A stretch of DNA of 63,879 nucleotides, the filler included, from Vezdaea acicularis (Eukaryota), in assembly GCA_026025075.1 (NCBI GenBank). It is 5 parts of 5 records of this genome, joined end to end, with 100 filler letters (N's around TTAATTAATTAA, not from the genome) between each part and the next. Parts side by side here need not be neighbours in the genome. Positions count along the whole stretch, not along the records: positions 13,241 to 26,297 come from JAPEUI010000236.1; 4 more parts are not named here. One strand, given 5' to 3'. Made by a program: the position numbers and the translations under genes. Below, piece after piece: positions 13,626-24,649 of this stretch. Under the pieces are notes generated by a model. The model had not been told where the DNA came from. It was given only the letters and a program-made list of their open reading frames with translations, and ran no database searches. Position 1 is the stretch's first letter. Every line of letters begins with the position of its first letter.

Positions 13626-14011
13626 ATGGGTTCTCTTAAAGGCAAGGTTACTTGGGATTCTGCCACCAACTTCCACGCAACTTTTAAGTTCGATAACGGT
13701 GTTACCACCAGCTACTCCGGGAGTATCAATAAGTCAATGGAGAAGTTCGAGGTCACCCAGGCCACTGCAACCTACAAGAACATCGATAAGGACTTCGCCG
13801 GAACCAAGAATTGGAAGGGGGTGATCGGCCAAAACTCCATCGATATCACAATCGGTGATGTTGTCCATGTCACGGGCGACTTAAACGATGCCATTGATGC
13901 CGCAAATACGGTCAATGGACGTGGAAGCTGGACCTCCAGTTCTACTGAAGGTACGTGCTCTGTTGCTTTGTCTCCTAAGGAGGTAGCTGACTTGAGATGC
14001 CTACAGAGTAA
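13626..14011 (+). CDS. 109-aa beta-rich protein, putative VapA/VapB-like (R_equi_Vir-type) 8-stranded barrel; join(13626..13950,14007..14011)
   Basis: TATA-like CTATAAAA ~13524, CCACAATGG start context, intron GTACGT..GCTGAC..CAG, and a 5-nt last exon giving ...GRGSWTSSSTEE*. Alternating beta-strand pattern with one short central helix-like segment. The gene is well supported; the fold is inferred. Confidence 0.75.
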
Positions 14012-14329
14012 TCGTTTCCAACGGTTACTGCTTCGGGTAACTATACATCAGGTTGACGGGATTGGGTTGCACTGTATCACTTGGCGACCAGGAAAGCAAC
14101 ATAGCTTCAGATGCAGAAAGCTCTCATTTATCAAGTAGTGAGATAGGAAATCTGACTTGCGGCGTGTTCTGAATCGCATGTTCCTGATGTCGTGATATAT
14201 TCCCAGTAAATCATCGAACGAGGGTATATCTGGCGCAATGCAAGCTGCTCGGCGCCATTCAATGCTAACTATGGTGCAAGATTTGAGCCTGCTACTTATC
14301 CGTCATGATTACATAACCACCCTCCACCT

Positions 14330-14500
14330 CTATCTATCAACCGCCACACTGATGATATTGCCATGCACCTCGATCTCAAACACATTGACCTCAGTCTTCT
14401 TGAACTTCCTCGCACCGACCCTCTTCTCCAACATGATATTCAGTTTCGCAAAATTGCGGCCTGCGGTCTCCGGCACGCGGAAGTACGTGTACTCGTAGCA
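14330..14500 (-). pseudogene. C-terminal fragment of an MFS sugar porter (maltose/alpha-glucoside permease-like)
   Basis: Reverse strand reads EYTYFRVPETAGRNFAKLNIMLEKRVGARKFKKTEVNVF, matching the PETKGRT(F)xELD motif and the ARKF tail of Mal11/MalP-type permeases. In-frame TGA immediately upstream and no rest of the gene. Confidence 0.8.
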
Positions 14501-14510
14501 TCATGTAAGT

Positions 14511-14780
14511 GAAGCGGTGGACAAAATTGATGGCGCGTAAGCGAATAGAGGGCATATTTACCCATCAGCATGGGTTACTTTCTGCAGTTCCGAGATCGTC
14601 AGCAATTGATGATAATTATTGTTGGTGCGAGCTCGATAGCACTGCCTGTTCGCTCTTGTTGAATTGTTATGCTCCGAATTATGCCCCCCAGCCTGGCAGG
14701 GCCGTTTTGTGCCTTCAAGTGTGTAGCCCTTAGATATGGGGGAACCCCGTTCAGGCGCCATCAATTTTGTCCACCGCTTC
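14511..14780. mobile_element. 270-bp MITE-like element with perfect 26-bp terminal inverted repeats
   Basis: GAAGCGGTGGACAAAATTGATGGCGC (14511-14536) has its exact reverse complement at 14755-14780. No credible gene inside and no obvious TSD. Confidence 0.7.
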
Positions 14781-15112
14781 GACCCTGCCCTAGCCAGCGC
14801 TTTGCCGAGAGCCAGAGCGCTGAGATGTGAAGCTCTTGCAATTGCCTACGAGACTCATGTGGTGAGATACAGTTTTTCGTACAGGCACTGTAAAGAAACC
14901 GTGGGAGGAGACGGCTTTTTTCTAAAGCAGACTGAATTCCTGGACCATGCAAATCTAACTAGGTAGTGTTCACCAATGCACAGTTGATGGCATATCTTTG
15001 GGAATAAGCAAAGTATGTGTGGAAAAACAACAAGATCTTATACGCCTGGCCTTGCAACCCGTAGCATGAGCTTCCCAATGCGATTTTTTCAAAATGTAGC
15101 GTGACAAAAATT

Positions 15113-18100
15113 CTACTGGCGCGCTCGACTTAGCGGAGGCTTGAAACCAGATGCTGACTTGCTTCCACTTTCCCAGCCTTTCATGGAACGCCGTACGCCC
15201 AATGTACGCGCAGGTTGAGCAATTTTTGCAGCGGCTGCTATGCTCGTCGTATGGAAGGTGGAGGCAGGTTTGCTGTCTTTGACAACGCCATGGCACGAGG
15301 ATCTACTTCCTTTACCCGTCGGAGATGGCGTCGTTTTTTCCTTCTGCTTTGGGAAAACTTGATCATGAGCATTCGATTCATTAGAAGGAGGGCTCGAAAG
15401 GAAAGAATAGCCGTGCTGTGGCTCTTCCTCATCCCGCAAGGTCCGCTTCTGTGGTCGGCTAACGTGAGGAGCGGAGACTACCCTATGGTTTGCAAGGCTT
15501 GAAGGTATTACTGGCGGACGGTCGGTATTGACTGATTCTTTCGGCATTGATTTGTTTCTAGACACCATTGGATTCGGAGCTGCAGAAAGCAAGCGCTCCG
15601 GCTTTGACTGAAGTGGATCGTGTTGCTTAGGTATGAGAGAAAGGATTTCGCGAATGTCCGTGCTCGGCTTACGAAAGCTTGGCCTTACTGCGGGGGGATA
15701 GGGCTGGGTTGGCTCTGAGGCTCTCTCAATGCCAGGGAGGCCGTCGTTTAGTCCTCGCGACTTCTCCAATCTTGATCTTGTACACTCTAGCCCTTTAGAG
15801 TGTATATTTCTATCAGATAACTCTCGGAGACGTGCTCCAGCACTGACAAACCCGCTTTGCAGGGTGGTAGACGAAACAGAAAAGTGTTGTGGATTCGACA
15901 AGGTTGTGCCCGCATCAAGATTGATCCCACGGCCTTGCTCTTGTGAATTAGCCGCGTCCGTCTTCCGCTTCTTTGCCGCTGGATAGGTTGATATGTCGAA
16001 TGCGCCTAGGTCAACCTTTTTGTAGCTTCCATCGAGGGGCCAGAGATCGTCATTGAGGCTCTGGAGCTGTCCCTGAACCTCACCCAGGCGTGGCTCAGGG
16101 GGGCAAGGTCGCCCAAGAATCCGAGCAATAGACTGCACATCAGTATACTTGAAACATGGCGCCTGGTCTCGCAGATATGGGTTTAATCCGGGGTGGCTGA
16201 GGAAAGTTGACAAGGAAGTTTCGTCTTGACGCGAATTTTCTGTGGGGCAGGACATGTATAGCAGCGCTTTCGCTCGTGTCATAGCAACATAGAGGAGCCT
16301 CCGCTCTTCATCATTATCTTCCGCTCTTGAGTGAGGAATGGAACCGTCATAGACTGCCGGAATGAAAACAATTGGCCACTCAAGACCTTTCGCAGCGTGA
16401 ATTGTTGAAATTGTCACTTGCTGAGTAGGTTTCTCATCCCCTGGAAGTAGCCTTTCAGAGCTCAGTGCAATGACAGCAAGGAACTTTGCTAAAGCATCCG
16501 CTGGAACACTCTCTTCCTGGTCGACGCCCTCTATCGTCGGGAGGTTGTTGTCTTCTAGAGATGATACTTCATGGGCGGATTGGGACGCCTGCGCTATTAG
16601 CTCCTGCACGTTATTCCAACGACTTTCGTGATCATCCGGATGGGCTTTCTGGAGGTAGTCTTGGAAAGATATCCCTTCGATGATGTTCTTAATTAGGTCT
16701 ACAAGAGAAATTCCTGACGCGCTTGGGGATTCGAGTTCTAGTCGCGCCTTGAGGATCACATCGACGAATGTTTTGATCCCGTTCTTGGCCGATTTTGTTA
16801 TTTTTGTCCGGGGAACGACACGGTCTCTCGATATATCAAAGATCAATCCCCAAAGGCTGACACCTTTCGCCTCGGCCTCCTCCAATAAAGACTTCAGCGT
16901 TTTGTCTCCTACCTTCCTAGGAGGGACCGCTATTGCACGCGAGAGCGAGTCGTTACTCGAAGGTTGGCTGATAACGCGAAGATAGTCTAGAACAATTTTC
17001 ACTTCCGCACGGTCAAAGAATCTCTGGCCGCCGACCACTTGGTAAGGCATACCAAACCTAGTCAAGGCGGACTCGATCTCGCGGGATAGGAATGCCGATC
17101 GGATCAGAATCACAACGTCATTCAGACTAACCAAGTTGGCTGTCATGGCAATTGAACGTTTTATCTCAGAGACAATCCAAAGAGCTTCGGCTTTGGAGGA
17201 GGGCAACAAGCGCAGGGCCGGTCGGGTGCCCACGCAATGAGTTGGCGAGATTGGCTTATCGTGCCTCGATCTATCTTGCTGAATGAGTTCTGACGCTGCA
17301 AGAAGGATTGCCCCTGAAGATCGATAGTTCTTGTCCAGGCAAACCATCAGCGTGTCCGGATAAAGGTTTTGCATCCGCTTCAGGTTCTTGATTTCGGCTG
17401 ACCTGAAAGCGTAGATACTTTGATCAGGGTCTCCAACAACCGTTACTCTCCTTTTGTTGGCACTGAACAATCTCATGAGGTCAAATTGGACCAAGTTGGT
17501 GTCTTGAAACTCATCAATTAGAACCGCTTCCACATTTGAAACACAGGAGGGGCGCTCTCGAAGCAGCTGGACACATCGGAGCAAGAGATCATCATAATCG
17601 AGGAGATTGGAGGTCGCAAGGGAAGACTCGTATTGCTCGTGCACAATCAAGATCTCTCGAGTATCAAGACTCTTGGGCGCCCTAGTAGCAAGTTCTTCAC
17701 GCGTGATTCCTTTCGATTTTGCGCTTGAAATTCGACTCCGAGCTGAGTTTGCGTCAATGTTCAGCTTGTAACGTTTTATGATGCGCTGCAGTTGATAATC
17801 AGCTTCGCTAGCATTAGGAGCACCAGTCGGTTGAGTACTTTAATTATACCCAAACTATCAGAGCTATCCGCCACTCCAAACCCTTTCTTGATCCCTATCA
17901 AGTGTCCGTAACGAGCCTACTTACACGTGTCAGATGTGCAATTTGTTCCCGTCAAACGCGGAGAGTCATCGAACCAGGTACCGGTAGCAAATGCCGTGGA
18001 AGGTTCCAAGTATCAATTTTGACTCAAGACCATCCCCGATGAGGCTCCCAATTCGCTCCTTCATCTCCCGGGCCGCTTTGATGGTGAAGGTAGCCACGAC

Positions 18101-18333
18101 AACGTTCCATGGCTGGAAACCATCGTGTTGCAGAAGATAAGCAACTCGTGAGGAAAGAGTCTTGGTTTTGCCGGAGCCAGCTAACTACGTATCAGCCAGA
18201 TGCGGAGAAGTGAAGGGCGATAATCCTTACGAGGAGCAAGGATCTGTAAGACAGGAGCGGGACTTGTGACTGCGACACGTTGAGCTTCGTTGAGATCATC
18301 GAGGATCTTGTGTAATGGCACTTCGCGGGCCAT
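15113..18333 (-). CDS. SRS2: UvrD/REP-family DNA helicase Srs2, 4 exons
   Basis: LNEAQRVAV..LAP|PGSGKTKT (Walker A), TFTIKAAREMKER, GTFHGIC, LIDEFQDTN, VGDPDQSIYAFR, NYRSS, STIHAAKGLEWP, EERRLLYVAMTRA. Disordered C-terminal tail. Confidence 0.92.
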
Positions 18334-18357
18334 GAGGTTACATGACGTTCAAGGAAA

Positions 18358-18394
18358 GACGCGGGAGGATTTTAAGTCGCGTTGGAAGACGCGT
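18358..18394 (-). promoter_or_regulatory. Cluster of MCB-like boxes upstream of SRS2
   Basis: GACGCGG (18358), TCGCGT (18377) and ACGCGT (18389) lie within ~60 bp of the ATG. MBF control of replication/repair genes is established in fungi. Confidence 0.55.
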
Positions 18395-18546
18395 TGGTGT
18401 TCGCCAAAGCATGGGCTGGATATTTCTCGGTAAGGTTCTGAGTGCAAAAGCCAAACGCCCGTATCGGGATCACTGGAGCCTGCGTCCATGAGTAGATCCG
18501 GATCAAGAGACGTATCCTAAATTTCTAACTTATGTACAAGAGCGCT

Positions 18547-19069
18547 TCAATCTTCCAAGTCGGCCTTATTGAGTTCCGTCACGGCACTCTCCAATTCACG
18601 GACGCGCTGGCCGACTCTACGCTGGACCTCCGAGCCGACAGCGGGATCAGACTTCTCTACTGCAGCAGCGAAGGCCTCTTTCAACTTCACTAATTCCTCC
18701 CGAGCAGCCTGCCGGTCGGCCTGGGCGTAGATAGACTTCTTCTCTGTCTCCTCCACTGCAATCTCGAACTGGTCAACGGTGAGCGTTCCTCATCTTCACA
18801 TGGCTCTACGTCATCCTCTCAAAAGTAAATACCTCATCTTTCGCGGAAGCGTATCTACAGGTCGTCAGCCTCAGCAGGATCAATAGGCAGTGAGACGCCG
18901 CTCCCCAGGGGCCTCACAGCTCCTGCATCTCTTCTACACGCACGTCCGCCTCACTCTTGGAGGCGAAGCGTCGCCTCGATGGAGCCCGGGTTCTGACCGG
19001 TAGTCCTCTAGCCGGGTGGGCTCGAAGGGGCGTTGGCGAAAGTCCGTGGAGCAGTCGCCGGAGAATCAT
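18547..19069 (-). CDS. Small conserved-type fungal hypothetical protein, probably mitochondrial, 3 exons
   Basis: Arg-rich, acid-free presequence MILRRLLHGLSPTPLRAHPARG..RRRFAS, then ..VEEMQEL|YASAKDE|FEIAVEETEKKSIYA..VGQRVRELESAV (helical). GT-AG introns join ORFs 18914-19096 and 18547-18756. Confidence 0.75.
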
Positions 19070-20230
19070 CGTACATATGCAGCCTGTCTGTTTCAAGGGA
19101 CTGGGCGTGTGAGAGGGTCAGGAACGAAGAGAAATGGAGCGGTGTCGGATGTTTCATCGACGGCCCGGGATAGGGCAAGGAACATGCAGAGAAGCTTCGC
19201 TTGCAGCAAAAACGCCTGTGGCGGCAGCCTTGGCGACAGCCACACTGCTGGGGCTTAGCGCAGGCTGAGCGGTTCTCTTGGCGGCTCTTGGCAGTCTCAC
19301 GGGTTCCGTCTTCCCCTCTTCTCGCCAAACGCCCTTTCATCGAAACGACATCTCTTCTTTGCGTGCAGCCACGACAGCTTTCTCCTACGCCCGAGGCTCC
19401 CTCATCTTAACCTGGACGGGGACGGTTCGAGGTTTCAGGCTCTTCGTGATGGCCTCCCGAACGAGCCCGATCCTACTTTCTAAAGCGTTGCTGGCGCGGC
19501 GGTGATTCATTCACCGTCTGCCTGAAGGCTCACCAGCAATGGCTGCCTTGGACCGCGCCTAACGACCGTTCCTGGCCCCACCCAATGAGGCCGCAGTCGA
19601 GCACATTGGCCAACAATGCGCAGCCAAATGGAATCAACCCGATGGTCGTGGACCTCGCGCCCTGGCAGAATTCAGCCATCAGGGGTCGATATTGCTGGGG
19701 CGCTGCGAATCTGCTTGCAGTCATGTGCGCCAGCCTTTCGCCTACGCCGAATCGGCTTCGGCCGCCCTGCAGATTCGGCTCTCTCGTGAGTGGCCAACGC
19801 AGACGCAGGGTCGAAGTTACGACGACCATACCCAAATACAGCGCTGCACGTCCTACTACGTCCACGAAAAACTCTAGGCCGAGGTGATATTTTCCCGCGC
19901 GTCGTTGCCAGAAACTTCGAGAGATGACTCCTTCCCTCTTGTTTCCGGCTTTGCCGCCAGTACTGAGGCTTCACCTCTGCTGCCTGAACCCAGCCGGGAA
20001 ATCTGAGGCCAACCCGGCTGGGAGACAGCACGAAAGACAACGAGCTCCGGTTGCGAAAGGCGCGCGATGCACTTTTTAAGGCGTGGCTATAAGCCCCGGC
20101 CGTTCGCCCTTCATAATAATGAGGTTTTTACATTTAAACGACCCATCTGCTTCCGTGATCAGACTCAATCGCACAGCGCCCAGCCCAATCGCACTTTCCT
20201 ATATAAAAACCCGCCACTGCCGTCTCCACG

Positions 20231-20771
20231 ATGAAGTCCAACGTTGTCATCCACCAGAAACAACCATACGCTTCCCCAAGATCGTCTACAGGCACAGTGT
20301 CGAGCGGATACGCCGAGTCCGGGTACCACACCGATCCCGAGAGAGAATACTACGACAGTCGGGCCTCTCCCGAACAGTACGGAGCTCCATCATCTACGAT
20401 GGCCCAGTACTCTCAACAGCAGGCCGTGAGAGTCTACAGCGACCAAAGTAAGCCTCCACTCAACCTTCTCCCCCCCCCATGAACCAAAGATCCTCGCTGA
20501 CCTTCAATCAAAAGACGAAGCCGCCAAATATGGTCGACGGAACGAGTTTGCAGTGCAGGACCCCTACGATCCCAGCAGAACCTACGAGACTCGGCGCACG
20601 ACCGAACCCACAGGCCAGCGCTACGAAATCAGTGGAGGTCCACCAAGAAATGAGGTGGGTTATCGCCGTGTCACAGTCACGACATCGAACGGTCAACAAA
20701 TTGTCGTAGAGAACACCGGCCTGTACCGCCAGAGGGAAGACGTGGTCGACCCCAACCGGAAGTACCAGTAG
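20231..20771 (+). CDS. Hypothetical hydrophilic Tyr/Ser/Arg-rich protein; join(20231..20447,20515..20771)
   Basis: TATATAAAA ~20200. Intron GTAAGC..GCTGAC..AAG fuses ORFs 20231-20482 and 20553-20771 in frame. C-biased third codon positions. Confidence 0.65.
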
Positions 20772-22295
20772 GGCTTTTGTCGATGGATCCATGGTTGAGT
20801 TCCGTTTTTGTATCAATATGGTCGTTTTTCTATTCTCAAACAGGTTTCCTTGGAATGTAAGAAATTGACTCGGGATATAAAGGGACTAAGGAAGGGCGCG
20901 GATAGACTGCGGCGACGGCGTTAATTGTTCGGGATGGGATATTAGAACACTCCATGGAGAAGCTCGCGGCTATGTGAAAGGAGGCGGAAATCTTGCGCTT
21001 GCTCTTCGCCTTTTCCTTCCTATGTTGTACCAAAAGATGCAAAACATAAAAAAAAACATATCTTCACACTTTACTCGTCGCTTACCTTGATCCCCTCCCC
21101 CCTTCTGCCCCTTTCGAGACTGCATTGTTCACCGCGCAGCTTCTCCATCCTCTCAACCTCGACGTCTCTCTCTCTAATACCGATAACCTCCCCTCCCCTC
21201 TGTCATCCTCAGCCGAGATGTCCTCGTACCGTGGCGAACTTGCATTCCCAGCACGCCGCCGCCCCGACCGATCTTCCCATCCCGCCCGTTTCTTCCCTTC
21301 TTTGTGCCTCCATCGCCGAACAACCCCTTCGAGGCGTCGTCTCCTCCTGCATGAACCAATGCCTTATCCTCTAAAATTAGCTCATGACCTTGGCCAGGAG
21401 GCGTGCCTGAGATCTCGAACTTCGCCGTCGATTTCGAGCGAAAGAATTGAAAAGAACAAGTCACACGCGCATTTCACGGAACACATCGTCTTTTCTTGGA
21501 AAAACCATCTTTTCTATGACAAGGGGGCCTTCTATCGATTATGATTTTCAGCCCAGAGGGTAGCCCATGAGGGGGCTCCCGCTCTCGACCGTTCCTAACG
21601 TACAAGACTTTGTGCGTATGTGTGTGTGTGAGAAAGGGTGATAGGAAAAAGCAGGGTATCTTCGAGAGGCGATGGCGAAGCAAGGTAGCAACGCCATAGC
21701 ACGCGTCTACTACATGCTCTGATCCGCTTTCGTGTGTGTGCAATTTAGCTTTTTCATCCAAGCTTCCGTCCCCATAACCTAACCCAAAAGACTGATTGGG
21801 TTCTTTTTTATCCACTAATATCCTCCCCCGATGGGCCTCCCACCGTACGATGACTATGAGATTTGCCAGTTCTCCATGTACGGGCAACTGAGAATACGAA
21901 ACGCTTAAATCAATGACAGAAAGGAGATGCGGCAGATAAGGCACAGACGCTTGCGATGCGGGATTGGAAAAGGTATGGCGAACAGCTGACTGTATGACAC
22001 ATGGGAGGGAGGTTCTGGTACAAATGGAACTTCACACTTCACGCCTCGTCGGGTATGCAGACGAGGCGGCAGCGTGAATGATTTGAGAGTAAAGGAGCCA
22101 CAGCAATAGCTGCGATGGCGATAGCCAAGGATCGAGCTTGCTGGGGGGGGGGGCCGGAGGCGCTTTTTGCTCGGTCGCCAGGTCGGCTCGAGGGGGAAAG
22201 ACTTGAGGTGAAACGCTTCTGGTGCTCGTAGGCGGACCAATCGATTGATCCCAAACGGCTGGTTGACTAGACGAGTGACGTGCCCGTTGTCCCGA

Positions 22296-23572
22296 CTAAT
22301 CGACTATTGCAGGATAATGGGACTCATAGGGATATCCACACTGCTGCATCTGGTTGATCGGATCAGGGGTGGGTGTGGCTGGATATTGTGGAATCATCAC
22401 GTCGTGGCCCTTCACTTGATTATCACCAACGAAGTATTCGTTTTCGGGAGTGATGGGCGGCGTGGGCATTCCACCCTGGATCAGGTGCTGGTTTTGTCCC
22501 TTTTGTGGCGTGTGTGGTGCCTCCATCGATTGATAGTACGGCTTATCTTCGACCATCGTGACTTCGCATGGCGGTGTTGGAGGAGCATTCTGTCGTGCAA
22601 TTGCCGCGTATCGGTCGAGGAAATCTTCGAGAGTTGTCGATACACACGACAGATGCGAGGAGGCGTATTTACGTGACACCACCGGCGACGGACCTTGGAG
22701 CCTCTGGGAGAGACTGACCATGACCATGGAGTCGGCTTTGGCGGCCCAGTTGGACTGATATACATCGGACCGACCGAGGATAGCCCTCGCGAGAGCAAGG
22801 GCAGACCGAGCCATGACAGATGGTTGGACTGAAACGAACTCCTTGTGAAACATGGCAATCTCGCACAGGAGCCAAGTCATGTGCTCGACCTCCGGGTCGA
22901 ACGGAGCATCCGTCAGGGCCATCTGGAGGAAGCTGTCGATTGTTGGATGTCCGATGGCCCAATTGAGGGTTGCCAGTACATGCCATTCCATCTGCACAAA
23001 CATCTCTGCGTCGTAGAGGGAGCAACACATGTTCTTGAGCTCTCGGATGGTCGGGACTCGGTCCTTTCGGTCGCCATACTTGGCTGCAATTTGAAGGGCT
23101 GCACAGCCGACAAGTTGATAATGGCGCTTATAGACGACACGTTTGGAGCAGTATCGGTCGAGGAGGTTGATTGCGAGATGAAGCGTCTCGGGGAGTAGTT
23201 GGAAGGCGGCATGAGCTTCGATTAGAAAGTCCAGGAGGTACGGACGCATGAACCATTGGATCTCGGTTTGGATGTCGATGGATGCAACATCGGGTAAAGT
23301 CTCGTTCTAGAAGTTGATGAGTGAGTATGTCCATAGAATTTCAGTCAAGCGGTATCATTTACCTCCATCAGCTCCATATGGTCCAGGATGTCGTCCTGAT
23401 ATTCCTCCGCCGTGAGACGTGAAAGCACTTCCCCCATATTGATCTGACGCTCTTTGGCGAGGAAATTAGCACGCTCTCTCGCCGTCATCCTCGGTAATCG
23501 GAAATCTTGATCTTCGACGAAATACGTATCACATCTGGGACGACCGAAAGGGTGCTGACGTTCAAAAGCCAT
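22296..23572 (-). CDS. CCN1: G1/S-specific cyclin (Ccn1/Cln/Puc1-like), 2 coding exons
   Basis: EYQDDILDHM..|..IDIQTEIQWFMRPYLLDFLIEAH..LAINLLDRYCSKRVVYKRHYQLVGCAAL.IAAKY cyclin box. C-terminal PEST/TP phosphodegron-like motifs (PPTPP, PHTPQK, PTPPITP). Confidence 0.9.
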
Positions 23573-24649
23573 CTTGCGTGAAGTCGAAGTCGAAGTCGAA
23601 GCTGATGAGCCGTGGACTTCAGATTTGTACGGTCTAAGAGACGATTTTGGTAGCGGTGGTTGGACGGAGGTGATGTGACGGAAGGAGGAATCTCCTGTAT
23701 TAGTGAACGTGTGTAAGGATTAATGAAAGTCGGGCTCTAGCAGAGCCAAAGGGAAAAAACAAGTCGCGAATGAGTGAATGGCTGTTGGAGATCCAACGTG
23801 AAAGAATGACCGTGGCTGAGGCTGGAGACCTGGGAATCGAGCCGGCGGAGAGAGGTGGCCGGGGTGATCAATTATAGGGACGTCCGAGGTTCTACGCCTA
23901 TCGTAAATTACATGTCAGCGCCCTACGATGCAGAAAGTGAAGGGGGTCCAGGCGAATGACGATCGGCCGCTAGGAGCTTGATCCGGTCATGTCGGCGATG
24001 GTAGGGAGCTAAGATAGAAGGGGAGCCATTGGGGAGGATGGGGGTGGGGGGAAAGTAGCATACCGACGGCCAAATGAATGATGAATGACAAGGAATGCTT
24101 CCTCCACTCGAAAAAGGCGAGAGCGTGGAAAGCCAGCTCCCTTGCCGTCTTAGGAGGAACAGCAGCTCCCGAGCGACATTCAGGGTACCACAGACCTGGG
24201 CACCGAGGCAAATCCCGACTCACGAGAAAAGCCGTCGATTGCTCGAGGGTGGATGGTCGGGGGGTTGAAGGTTGAGAAAAAGTCGATAGCCGAGCTCGGG
24301 CGGGTCAGGTGAAGCACGAATGAACGCCTCCAACCTTTTTCCTCGACTCTGTACTTGGTGCCAATGCAGGTTCGATTGGGGTCTGTCGGGTCTCTCTGGA
24401 GAATGTGGGAGCTTGGAATGGACGACAATCTCAGGCACACGATGACGGATCTGGGGTCAAGGGGGGATCCAATTAGCCGACGAGACCATGATAGGGTTTT
24501 GACAGGAAGCATCAAAAATGTAGCCATTGAAGATCGTACTCACGATTGGCCGGACTTCCTGATGCCCACCACGACTGGATATCTCCCTCGACCGTGTGCG
24601 AGGGGGAATCTGGGGAGTGTGGGGGGAGGGGGTTCCAGGAGGGCGGCAG

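Noticed and set aside
13951..14138. C-terminal ~60 aa of the 170-aa ORF 13626-14138
   Set aside because: It is read-through of a canonical intron and the 3' UTR. The spliced product stops at 14011.
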